A stretch of DNA of 63,631 nucleotides, the filler included, from Choristocarpus tenellus KU-1152 (taxonomy: Eukaryota > Protista > Phaeophyceae), in the NCBI GenBank assembly GCA_964200185.2. It is 7 parts of 7 records of this genome, joined end to end, with 100 filler letters (N's around TTAATTAATTAA, not from the genome) between each part and the next. Parts side by side here need not be neighbours in the genome. Positions count along the whole stretch, not along the records: positions 34,209 to 43,811 come from CAXNAD020003543.1; positions 43,912 to 49,873 come from CAXNAD020009307.1; positions 49,974 to 60,802 come from CAXNAD020002686.1; 4 more parts are not named here. The stretch is one strand, 5' to 3'. The notes beneath the pieces are model-generated. The model was not told the DNA's origin, did not search any database, and saw nothing but the letters and a program-made list of their open reading frames with translations. Each line of letters starts with the position of its first letter. Position 1 is the stretch's first letter. Below, piece by piece: positions 39,200-51,397 of this stretch. The position numbers and the translations under genes are program-made.

Positions 39200-42100
39200 T
39201 TCATCAACACTTGTCTGTCTTTCAAAAGCTGATTCGAGCAAGTGTTTGGTGATACTGTCAGCAAATTGATTCTCACTTCCAACATGTTGGATGTCAATAT
39301 CCTCCTTTAAACTAACTCTGCAATGTAGGCTAGTCTTATGCAAATGTGTTTTGTTCTGGCACTCCAAGATCCATGATTAGTCAACTGTATGGCACTCTTG
39401 TTATGTACCATTATAGTTACTGGGTTATTGATTGAGTTATCTATTTCAGGTCAGAGTGTCCTCCAGTAAACATTCTTGCACTGCAGACATAGTGCAATCA
39501 CTTCTGCTTCAGTAGATGAAGTGGCTACTATATACTGTTTCTTCGACTTCCAGACTAGAGTAGCATTTCCATGTGAAAACATGTAACCACTTGTAGATCT
39601 CAAGCTTGTGTTACTAGCGTAAGCTGTATCAGAAAATCCAACTTTTTTTCAGCTCACCTCTTTCGTACCGTTTAGGATAAATCAGTTGTTCCTTTGAGAT
39701 ATCTCAAGGCTCTTTTAGCAATAGCAACATCATGGTTTGTAGCTTCACTCATGGATTGGGTTAGGGTTAGGGTTAGAAAATTCGGTTAAGTGCAAGTTTA
39801 TAGATACTGCAATGACCCTGTGATCTCTTGGTAACGTTTAATTCCTGCTCTGTCTAGCCTAATAACACTCTTTCTAGTATTTTTGTCTAGTGGTTGATTG
39901 TCTCCAGGTATTTTGTACTGTTACACGCAGCCATGCCATATCTAGATAAAATTGTGTTAGCATAATCTTCTTGACACAATGATATTTTGCCTGTAGCATC
40001 ATCAAACATAAGTTGTATCTTGTATGCCCCCAACATCAACTTGCCTCTACCAATATCTTTCATTACAATTTATCCATAAGGTGTCTCTTGACTTGATATA
40101 CCAGTGATGTAGAACTCCCAAAGGTTGATGCATCATCATACACACGATGACAGTATCATTATGTCGTTTTCTTTTCTGTAAATATATATATACTTGGATC
40201 ACTCACAAGTGATTCGAAACCATATTGCAATACTACGTCTGTTAATGATATGTTCCAATTTCTGGGAGACTGCTTTAAGTCATAAAGGCTTTTCTTTAGC
40301 TTATAAACAGGGATCTCAGTAGATAGATGATCTCTTTCAGTGATACTTGGGGGTTGGCTTACATAAATATCTTCTCCTTGCAACAGGGGGGCCTGCAAGA
40401 ACGCACTGTTCGCGTCCAAATGTGAGACTTCCTGGTTTGTTGTTTGTGATAATGAGCAGTAATTTGATGCTCTCAATTCCACAGAGACTGACTGTAAGTC
40501 ACAGAGTAAGCAGTTCCAGACACTTGACTATATACCCCTGAGTGACCCACCTAGCCTTGTAGCTACCATCAGGTTTCTTTCTAAAATTCACCTAGGGGGA
40601 AAAAAAATGATTTGGGGGTACCTGGACTAGGTCAAAAACATTGTGCTGTTTTGTATTAATCTCTTTCTGCATTTCTTTCAACCATTCTTCTTTCTTGGAA
40701 GAGATTAGCACGTCATTGTAAGTGGAAGGGCAATCAATCAGAGACACCAGAATTGATATATTCATTATCTAAGTCGGTAGATTGATCCGTACATAGAAAG
40801 GATTGGTCTGTAGAATCTATGTCAGTAGGGTGACATTTCCTACTCAGAGTGTCTACCTGCTTTGATTTTCCGTTTCAATATTTGGACTATTCTCACTAAC
40901 AGTCCATGCTGACTCCATTTCTGGTGTATTATAGTCTATCAAACTCGTAAGCATTCTAGGTTTGACAATACTATTTTCAGCAATTGCACTATCATTTGTT
41001 TCATGGTCTACAAATGAGTTATTTTCTTCTCCACTAGAGTGTTCCATTTTGACTGGTTGCACTTTCTCTTCTCATATTATTACCCTCAGTATTTGTTGGT
41101 TCTCTCAACAAGTCAAAAAGAAAATCTGGGATGGGCATGCTGAAGAAACTTCTTCAGCATGCCCTGATGTGAAGGCCCTTCAACTTAAATCTGACCAAGG
41201 TAATGTTGCTTTAGAAAGCTCACTGAATTTCACACTTCTGGAAGATAATACGGTGCCAGTCTTTGAACTCCATATACAGCAAGAGATAATAGACCTATCA
41301 TCATATCCAACCAACCTTCCTGTCCATGTAAGGTAATCAAGTTTCAAAGTATGAACTTCTGTGTGAATAAAGACCTTCTGCGCTGAATTTATGCAGGTTG
41401 CGGAGGTTTGCAGCAACGCCATCCCAAACATAATGTGCCCGACCATTCAAGAAAGTGGAAGGAGATCTGTTCTCATAGCTTATGACCACATTTTCTTAGG
41501 CAACGTTGTATCTGCCAAGAAACAACTTACTACAAATAAACACACCACTATCTTTCTGCAACTCCATTCTGGTGGGGAGAATACGGAGAGATGAATTCTT
41601 GCTTCATTTCTTGAATTCAGCAAAGCTCTTGGAACGTAAATATGGTGAATTCTCCTCCACTATCATTGCACAGTCGTCCAATCTTCAACCTGAATGGGTT
41701 TGCGATATCAGTGGTAAAGTGTTTAATGTGTTTGCTGCTTCTTTCTTTCTCCTTACAAAGTAGACTGTCTTTAGTACTGATAAATGGTGGGTAGATTTCC
41801 AGGCATAAGAATAATGTCGGTACATAAAAGGTGTAATTGGACCAGCAAGATTAACATAAACAAGTTCCAGTCGTTTGACAATTTTGTCTGCAGTAATTGA
41901 TTTATTTCTTGCGGATCTTTTACTCTTATTCATCTTGAAGATCTTACAGTCGAGAGAAGATTTTCAGGTTGAAAGAAACAACAGATTCTCGATCTTTAGT
42001 ATTACTTTCATATCAGCAAGGTTAAGGTGACCAAGTCTCGTATGCTGTAACATGATTAAGTCACCTTGGGGATGGATCAGCAGCAGATTCCAGCTCCATC

Positions 42101-43570
42101 GCTGCAAGCCCTCTTTCCTTTTCTGCTACCTTGTGTAGCTTTAATTGGATTGAACTCACACCAATTTTCGTAGTTGACAGTATGATCTTCCCCACATCAG
42201 GATGAAAAATGTGCAAGGTTTTGGAGAAAGCAATCTACCATCCCAGACTTCCTGACATAATTGGGAGAAAAGGTTCTGGGCTAGACCAAGGATTAATAAT
42301 AAATACTCTCAACTTCAATGCAAATACCAATCCTTGATCTGAACTTATTTGACCATAGTGGCTGATTTTGTACAAACTTAAAATTTCCTACAGTAGTGAT
42401 TTGTAGGGGATTTTTCAGGTGCTTCTATCTCCTTTAAAAACAAAGAAGTGAATTTTCGAAAGTGGTGAGATCCACCATGTGTTTGGTGTATCATTTGTCT
42501 ATCAAAAGATCAATTATTCCATCAATTGGCAAACAAGGCTCTGAAATGCAGTCTATACAAAAATTGTCATAGCAGAAATCTGTTGAACTTCATCCTTCTC
42601 CTTCTGACATCTACATTCAGCATCATAATGTGATGCAGAGTTACGGAAACTGCATCATTTCTTCCTTTGACGTTTGGAGTTTCTAGCTATATGACCAGAT
42701 TTATGACACATGAAGCACTTTTTATTCAATATATCTTTTTCTTCTCTATTGATATCTTACCTTGAAAGTCGTTTGGTTTTGAAGGGTTTGAGTGTAAGAT
42801 GTGTCAAAATGTTCACCTATATTTTTGCTTTTGTTATTGTAAAGGCATAGCAAGGTTGGTCACATCATTGCAGTGCCTTGTACTCTTTCCAGAATGATGT
42901 TATCATCGTCCTAATTTGGGAAACCACAGTGTCATGCTCTGGAGTTTGACCTTGCAGTATGATATGATGCTTTTGACTATGTAATCAGATACACATTCGT
43001 GTATGGACTCAAGCTGTGTCTTTATGCGGTCGACACGATCGAAGAAGATGTCAGGATCCTTTTCCTCTATCATCTTGCATTTCTCTAGACTGTCATGTAA
43101 GGCAGTTGCCTTCTGCTCGTTCTTCACCTCATACTTGTTGCGAATCTCGTTGAAGACGACAATGCCTTCAATCAACACGGTAGACGAATTCGCAGCAAAG
43201 ACAGCACAGGATACCCTTTGCTGCACCCTCGCACGAGATGAACAAAAGTTCGAACAGCTGCTGATTCCTTGCGTCGAACCTGCGTCGAGCAGTGTTGTAC
43301 TGCGCGCACCTTCTCATCTCTCCCTCGAGGATGTTGTAAAGGTCATTGCGGGGCAGGAACAGGATTGAGAAAAGTTTATCTTTGTAATCCCACCAGTTTT
43401 CAAAGCTCCTATTAAAGTGGACCAAGTCCTTAGTGATCGACTTCTTGCTTGTGCACACATTCTTCTCCTCGCACAGAACATCTCAAAAGTCGAACTCTCT
43501 AACCGAAGTAGCTGCATAATGAAGCAGACTACAGGATGTTGCAGGGAGTTGCGATGAACCAATTCCAACC
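39200..43570 (-). mobile_element. Decayed Ty1/Copia LTR retrotransposon (gag-PR-INT-RT-RNaseH)
   Basis: Domains in Copia order: gag (KYEVKNE...MIEEKDPD), knuckle KCFMCHKSGHIARN (~42700), HTRLGHLN (~42030), LELVYVNLAGP (~41850), HLDANSAFLQAPL...YKLKKSLYDLKQSPRNWN, and RNase H RSTSGY...WKSKKQ..VATSSTEAE, ENQFADSITK. Many stops and frameshifts; LTRs not confidently located. Confidence 0.95.
39758..39776. repeat. (TTAGGG)3 tract embedded in the Copia RT region
   Basis: gggttagggttagggttag lies between RT-like coding segments. Confidence 0.85.
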
Positions 43571-43811
43571 AAACGAGGATGCAGCAAAGTTGAAGTTGAA
43601 GTTGAAGTTGGCTGAACTACACAGTGTTGCCGCAATCAAACCAACCAACGAAGATGCTGTGTACTAGCAATTTGAACTACAAGATGTTAACTTTTCTACC
43701 CACTGGAGCAGTCCGCTCTGGGTAGCAAACGAGTTTCCCAATTACAACTTGCCTCTTGTGTGGAAAGCGTGTTTGTCTGTTATTATACCGTTATTGCCGT
43801 ATGCCATATAC

Positions 43812-43911
43812 NNNNNNNNNNNNNNNNNNNNNNNNNNNNNNNNNNNNNNNNNNNNTTAATTAATTAANNNNNNNNNNNNNNNNNNNNNNNNNNNNNNNNN
43901 NNNNNNNNNNN
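43812..43911. other. Artificial assembly linker
   Basis: N44-TTAATTAATTAA-N44. Confidence 0.97.
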
Positions 43912-45750
43912 ATCACATGACAAGGAGCCCCACTCAAGTACGTGATACAAGTACAACTCCTTCGTGTTCTGTGGTGAGTGTGCAACATGATTTTGACCCT
44001 GTACCTGTTCGTGTACATAAACAGTATATCATACCAGCTGGTCATGAAATCATCGTACGTTGCACCACTGATACTAGTCCGTCATTGGATACTGCTGTAG
44101 TAGTGGAGCCAGTCATACACTTCATGCCTGCTGTAGATCAAACCTTTGAACCTACACATCCACGGAACCGTATCGTAGCTGCTCGCACTCTCAGTATTTG
44201 GTCAACCAATAATAAATCAGTATTGGTTCAACTAGCAAATCCAACAACACGGAAAGTACGTATCAAGAAGCATCTTGTGATAGTTCACTTAACCCCTATT
44301 TCAGATCAGGTACCAATCACTGTTAGTGCTCTAAATACTGATTCTGCTCCATTCAGTAAAGCTAGAGAGGAGTTACATCAAGCCTTCACCAAGTCAAATG
44401 CATTCAAAGATACCACGTTCAATCAGTCACAAGTGTCTCAACTTTTAGACCTCTGTGCTCGTTATAGATCGGCACTTTCGTTGAATGCAGCAGAACTAGG
44501 CAGATGTACCCTAGCTGAAGCAGAAATTCCTATAGAGCCCGGTACCAAACCTGTTGACAGGAACCCTTACAGAGCAATCCCCTGGACTCAACAAGTAATT
44601 GACTCGTCTGTTAATACTATGGAAGAGCAAGGCATTATTAAAAAATGTGCCAGCCCTTGGGGTAGTCCTGTTACTATTGTGGCCAAATCTAATGGCTCCC
44701 CATGATTCTGTGTGGACTATAGGTCAACTGTTAGCAAACACCTTGTTCGACAGTCTTGGCCTATGCCTGATATAGTCTCATATTGATACTGTTGGGGGTG
44801 CCAAATTTATCGCTGTTTGTGAGATTCAGAGTGCATATTGGTAGATTCCCGTTGCTAAGGATGACATTGATAAAACTGCTTTGTCACGTCTAGAGGCGAA
44901 TACCTTTTTTTAAGAGGATGCCCTTTGGGATATCAAATGCCCCTTGGCAATTTCAAAGAATCAAGTCCTTAGTCAAAGCAATCTTTGGTCCATTGAGTGG
45001 GTTACTAGTTTACATGGATGATCTGATTGCTTGTTCTCCAACATGGGAAGGATGTATACACTTACTAGAACAGCAATTCAAAGTGTCACAAGCAGCAGGG
45101 TTAACTTTGAAACAATCAAAGATCCAGTTTGGACCGAAAGAAGGATGTTAACTGGGTCACATTTTATCGCCTGAAGGGATTCATATCAGTGAGGATCGTG
45201 TCCGTGCAATCATTGAATTACCCAAACCCACCACCATCAAAGAACTTCGATCTTTCCTAGGTATGATAAATTTTGTGCGTAAGTTCATACCCAACTTCGC
45301 CACAGTAATTGAACCGTTAGTTCTCACTAAAAAAGGTGTCAATAAGAGAGTGGATAGAGAATGGGGATTGGGCCAGGATGTGGCATTTTTTAAAGTAAAA
45401 CAATTACTCACTACTGCCCCGGTTCTCGTGTTCCCTGACTTTACCAAAGAATTCATTGTCCATGTTGATGCCAGTGAGAGTGGTGCTGGAGGGTTTATAA
45501 CACAACCTCAATCCGATAATCCTGCAGACCTAGGTATCATTGCATACTTCAGCAAGAAATTTAATGAAGCTCAACGTCATGATTCAGCTACATTAAGAGA
45601 GTGTTATGCAGTCGTTACAGCCATCACTCATTGGCGACCATATCTTTGGGGTAGACACTTTACCTGCATCACAGATCATGCCGCATTGTGTTACTTGTAT
45701 AGAATGCAGGATACCAGTAACATGCTTACTCGTTGGGCTATTGATCTTCA
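43912..45750 (+). mobile_element. Ty3/Gypsy pol fragment (RT-RNase H), pseudogenised
   Basis: PGTKPVDRNPYR, SPWGSPVTIVAK...FCVDYR, MPFGISNAPWQFQR, YMDD, FIVHVDASESGAGG, RECYAVV, TDHAAL, RWA. Stop at 44703-44705 and frameshifts; integrase absent. Confidence 0.95.
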
Positions 45751-46899
45751 ACTGCCCAAACAATCCCACGAGTACTGGCTAGAGGAGCACTCCGTTCTCC
45801 ATTAATTCCCTTCCGATGGTTTTTGACTTGCCCTTTTGACTAATCAGCAGGTCTCTGTTAGCACGTCCACCTCTTTCCCCAAATCTATTTTCGGAACTTT
45901 GGAATTTGCACGTCTCAAGACCTGGGGAGGCATTACATAAGGCAAAAAAATAGGAAAGTAACATTACCAGACAACCTAGTTGAAGGTATTGCTACTAAAG
46001 GGTGCCAAAGGACTCATGGAAAAGACAATGTAACAGGGGACGGACACCTAGCAGACAATAGCACAGTTCAAATGGAGTACCACCTTCTTGGGCAATACCT
46101 TCTTCCCCTTCTGTCTCTCCTCCAACATTTTGTTAACAACTCTCACACGGCTCTCCAAAAGCTTCACCTTTTCTTTTAAGTGGTCTATCTACTCTGCAAC
46201 CTCCTTTGGGGTACTCTCTGCTTCCCTCTACTTTGTTCACAACAGCTCTATATCCCCAAACATGCCCCTGTCCTCATACTCTTGAGTGATTGCTCGAGGT
46301 CTTTCGCTTGGCTTTGAGCTTCCGAATTTCTTTCTGGAATTTTCAACAAAGATGAGTGATACTGTTCACTGCCTCCTTCTCCACCTCTCATTCCACTGTG
46401 ACTACAGCTTCGGCTTGCTTTACTTCTGTAGCACTCATATAGGCATTCCCTTGCTCAATTGCTTTTTGCGGTCAAATCTGTGACTTGAGGAAGTTTGACC
46501 ACAGCTTTAACCACACTTTCCTCCCCAATCCTAGCCTCTGCCTGAGCATGTCACCTGACTGGAGCCTCTTGGGATAAGATGATCTCAATGTTTGTTGATG
46601 CCAAAGTTTGGGCTGCCCGTTTAGCTTGGTGATTGTTCTTTAATAGTTTCAATCCACCAAGTGTCAAGCGTGACTTTACTTGTTGCCCATTCTTGAATCT
46701 CTGCATTGCTCCTCAACTATGATGAGTATTCACATGATTATTGTGTGGTGTGTGCCTAAACAGATGGAGTGTTGAACAGGTAAGGCACTCTGTCCCTCTT
46801 AATCCATCACCTAAAGTTTTACAATTAAGGAAGAAATAGAAGTTGATAAAGTTGCCAGCTTGATTCATATCAGGAAATCGATTTTGTGGAACCTGGGCA

Positions 46900-49270
46900 C
46901 TAACGAGTAGTATGTCTGGCCAAAAGGGCATTGTCAATTATTCTCCTCCAATCAACTTTAACTTGGAAATAAAGGTAATACATCAATCGATTGATTAATC
47001 AGTTGGCGAACAGGTTGGATGGGTGAATTTATACTTAATGGCCCCATGTAAAACCACAATTTCTGGCTCTCGCTCCCAGGCCTAATCGCAAATCTTGGGT
47101 TCATGACAGGCAGGCACGCTGCTATGGAGATGGTCTTCATCCCACAAATGAGTAGGTCCAGAACGCCATTTAGATGCATATCAACAACCACTTCAAGCAC
47201 TAGGCTGAGGAATACAGACACTCAAGGTCCCTCCGTATCTGAACTGATGGCTGTGGAAGCCAATATTTGAAAGATGGCAGATGTGGTAGTTCAATTGGGG
47301 TTGTGGTGAAGTCTGCCGCTTTGAAAATCGTGCTTGATGAAGTATGGATGCCAGGAATCCTGTTCTTCATTAAGACACTCAAAACGACTGAGACAGAGTA
47401 AACCTTGAGAGATCCTACACTGGAGGAAGAGGAGCGCCTCCAGAAGGACTCCAAGATTCCTCCAGGACAGACTGTCACTGCAAAGGTCATTACAGAATGT
47501 TCTCTCTTTGTGTGTTTGATCTTTCTTTTGCCCTAATCACAAACTTGAATTTCAGCCAGTGCACATCACAAAATGACAATCATCGACAGGAACTGTACTA
47601 TATATTTATCGTTTGGAGATATAATTCCCGATTTGGAACAGGTCAGATGAGACACAATTTTTGGCATCCTGCTATGTAGAAATCGACCGTCAGACAGTTG
47701 TGAAAGGATGACTTGTGACTTGAAATACATGCTTGTGTATATGTTGATGATACACCACAAAAATCGTTTTCCTCATTTCGGCTTTTTCATTTCTGAGCCT
47801 TAATCATGCTCGTTCGTACATTTTTGCATTGTTCATGATAAACCTCAAATGGCTCTTTCTTACCAACGCATTACCCTCATTTCCAATAGGATTGGATCGA
47901 TGACAGCGAAGCCAAGTGGTGCAGTATGACATACGCAAAACTTCCCTTTATGGATACTGTCAGAACACAGAAGCTCATCCTTCTTCCGGCTCACAGCGTC
48001 GACTGTCAGGGACAACACAATCAGTGTGTCCCCAAGTTCAAGGCCGTCAAGTCGATGCACAGCTTCTTCACTAGTCCACGAGCCGATGGCAAGTCTTCTG
48101 TGGTATCTACCTTGAGAAGTCATCCTACTGCACCAAGTGTTCAGTTGGTAAAGTCGCAATTTTGTAAGTGGCAGGGCACCCATGTGCGTCTATTGAAGGA
48201 GGTTGACTTCGAGTTTTATCGAAGACCACGCAGGCATACATGTTACTTCAGAGTCACCCGTCAAGGAAGAAGAGGGAGTGTGCAGTAGAAATTGTACGAA
48301 TGGAGCCGTCAGAGTACAACAGGTTTGGCGTTCTTGCCGTTCACTGTACGCAAGAAGATTGTTTAATGGAACAGGGACCACTCCAACTACGGAGGGATGT
48401 TCAGTGTTGGCGATGAGGTGGTTTTTGGCAAGGAAGACTTGAAGGTGGTCAGGGCCAACTTCGTTGATGGGGTGCCAACAGCTCGTCTGTCCCACACACA
48501 GAGCAAATATTCTCGCTAGTTTAATTCAAAATACCAAAATATTCAGTGCATATCCATATTTTCTAGTTCAATCCTTCAACTGTACACTCTGGTATGATTT
48601 ATTTTCCTCTTGTTTATGTAAAATACCCCCTTGATGTTTAGATGTCATCTAGGGGAGTAAGTATCATATTTTCGACTTCACGACTCATACATAAGCATTC
48701 TTCGTTCTTGTTAAAGCAATTGGAAGCAAACGTTTTACATCAAACCTCAACGAAAACTGGTGTTGTGCACGATCATGGCGTCCTTGCTGACCCACAAGTC
48801 CTTCCTCAATAAAACGAACCTGCACCATACAATAGGATGCGCCAATTGAATTCCTTATGTCATCCCCCTTCAGTCAATTATCATCCCTGAATTCCTACAC
48901 ATTTGTCAGAATGAACTTGAGGACACCTAAACCACCCTACCTTCCTGAAAGGGACAAGAGGATAACTTTAGAGTCCAATCAGCAGACCCTTAGCGGAACA
49001 TCTCTTGTCTTCTTGAGACAACGGACATATTGGGACATATCCCATGCCGAGTTTGGCTGAGTCACTTGTTACATCTTGCGTGGCAGTGTGGATAATATAA
49101 TGTGGCGGAAAGTCTACGAGGTAGATGTTGACAATCCTGGGGCATTCATTTACTCTGTGGATGGCAAGGGAGAGAATGATGAGAATCTCTTACCACCAGC
49201 GACTACGGTCCCAACATGTTGGAGAAAAAGGTTGAGGAGGACGTTGAACAGTGATGAGAGAAGGAGAAGA
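46900..49270 (+). mobile_element. Decayed Sola2-like transposase gene (copy 2), paralog of 29740-34108
   Basis: Collinear with copy 1: VQNAI, TDGCGSQY, WQMW, VVKSAA, EYTLRDPT...KIPPGQ.VT.K; intron 47486-47889; RTQKLILLPAH...VKSMHSFFT, PLQSIIIPEF, DNPGAFIYSV. Many stops; the segment with the third Asp is deleted. Confidence 0.78.
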
Positions 49271-49873
49271 AGGAGTGCAATCAATTTGCAGCTGAACATG
49301 ATATCCAACATCAAATGGATTGCCGGGTGAAGTGTAGTGAGGAAGAGAATGACATTGAGGGTACATCTTCCTACAACTGGCCTTAAAGGTTGCGCCCGAG
49401 TTTGGAATAGAAAACCCTCCGTTCCAGAGCTAGGAGCATGGGCTTATACTTTGGTTGGACGACAGGTGGATGCTAAGCACTATATTCAGGTACCAACCCC
49501 AACACACAGTGAGTGTGATAGGGGTGTTAGAACATAAAGTACTGTAGAAAACAGGTTTGTCTGCTATACGTTATTTCTGTATGCCATATACCGTTACACT
49601 GATTGAGGTTTCCTTGTCAGGAGTCCCCAATTCCAGTGGAGGGTCTTACAAATAATAGAGATATAAGTTGGGATAGAGAGGGGATGGGGCTGTGGAGGTG
49701 ATGGAGGAAGGCGACAACGGTGCAAGAGACTGGCAGGGGCTAGGAACTAGTGTAAGTGGAGCTTATAACTCTGCTTTGGGAATAGACAAACAGGTTTCGA
49801 TTTTGCATGTTAAGAATATGCTTTTTATTCATGTGTAAAAGAAGATTCTGTAGAAGAAATAATTTATGAATGA

Positions 49874-49973
49874 NNNNNNNNNNNNNNNNNNNNNNNNNNN
49901 NNNNNNNNNNNNNNNNNTTAATTAATTAANNNNNNNNNNNNNNNNNNNNNNNNNNNNNNNNNNNNNNNNNNNN
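49874..49973. other. Artificial assembly linker
   Basis: N44-TTAATTAATTAA-N44. Confidence 0.97.
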
Positions 49974-50122
49974 TAGGTAATACTCACACGTATTAGGTAA
50001 TACTCACACGTATTAGGTAATACTCACACGTATTAGGTAATACTCACACGTATTAGGTAATACTCACACGTATTAGGTAATACTCACACGTATTAGGTAA
50101 AATACTCACACATATTAGGTAA
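49974..50122. repeat. 20-bp minisatellite (TAGGTAATACTCACACGTAT), about 7 copies
   Basis: Near-perfect tandem units at the contig start, within an intron of the SDR gene. Confidence 0.95.
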
Positions 50123-50348
50123 GGGACTCCGAATCGATCAAGAAAAATTTAAAAAATTAAAAAAACGCTCCACAAAAAAATGAACAAAAAGATTCTAAAG
50201 AAAAAAAAATATATATATATATATATAAACATAAATAAATAAAAAATAAATAAAAATGTGTGTGTGTCGGTATGACTTCAAAAATAAAAAATAAAAACTC
50301 AAAAATAAAAACTCAGACAAATGGCCATAGATAGACACGGGCATGCAC

Positions 50349-51363
50349 CTTTGGCGACGCCAGCTTGACGAAGCCTTTGCCGCCCCTCAAGGCTGCAGTC
50401 GCTCCAGTGAAGATGATGGTGCCCTTCCCGGCAGCAACCATGGTCGGAAGTGCCTCTTGGCTGGCCACAAGTGCGCCAGTCACCCCCACATTGAGTGCCA
50501 CCTACAGAATGTGAAACAGAATGTGAAACAGAAAAGTGCCGGGGAATGTGAAACAGGCAGCAACAACATGGTTTTACCCCCCCAAGGGCAGCAACAACAT
50601 GGTTTTATCCCCCCAAGGACAGCAACAACACGGTTTTATCCCCCCAAGGGCAGCAACAACATGGTTTTATCCCCCCAAGGGCAGCAACAACGATTTGGTG
50701 CAACACTGTCGAGCGGCAACATGAAATACTCCCCACTAAATACTTCACACTAAATACTTCACACTAAATACCCCCCACTAAATACTTCACACCAAATACT
50801 TCACACTAAATACTTCACAAAAGGTGACAATCTCCCACCGGAAGCCAAGTCCATGTCACACAACAATCACGGCGACAAGGTGGGGATGCTGATATAAGGT
50901 GGGGATGCTGATATCAGGTGGAGATGCTGATATCAGGTGGGGATGCCGATATCAGGTGGGGATGCCGATATCAGGCAGGGCCGCCGCAATAGAGTTGATA
51001 CAATATTGATAGCAATGGGATAACTTTGCCCTTCAACTTTGCCATTCAGTCTGCCTGAGGCCTTTCAGCCAGGGCAAGGGGAAGCATCCAGTCTCAGCCC
51101 TGGGGGGGAGGGGGGTTGAGGGACAAAATAGGTGGTGGTAATGGCAAGAAGTGCCCTTGGGAAGAGTAGGCTGGGAGTGGGCTCACCAACGTGTTAGTCC
51201 TACTAGAACTCTGAAAGTTCTTTTTCCACTACCCATGGTAGGCAAACCATCATCAATACTATATACATTTTACAGTCTTCGGCATACGTCAATGCCGTCG
51301 GAGGAGGGACAAACCAAATATAATATTCATCTACTTGAATATAAAATTTCAGGAAAACAGGTG

Positions 51364-51397
<34 letters not shown>

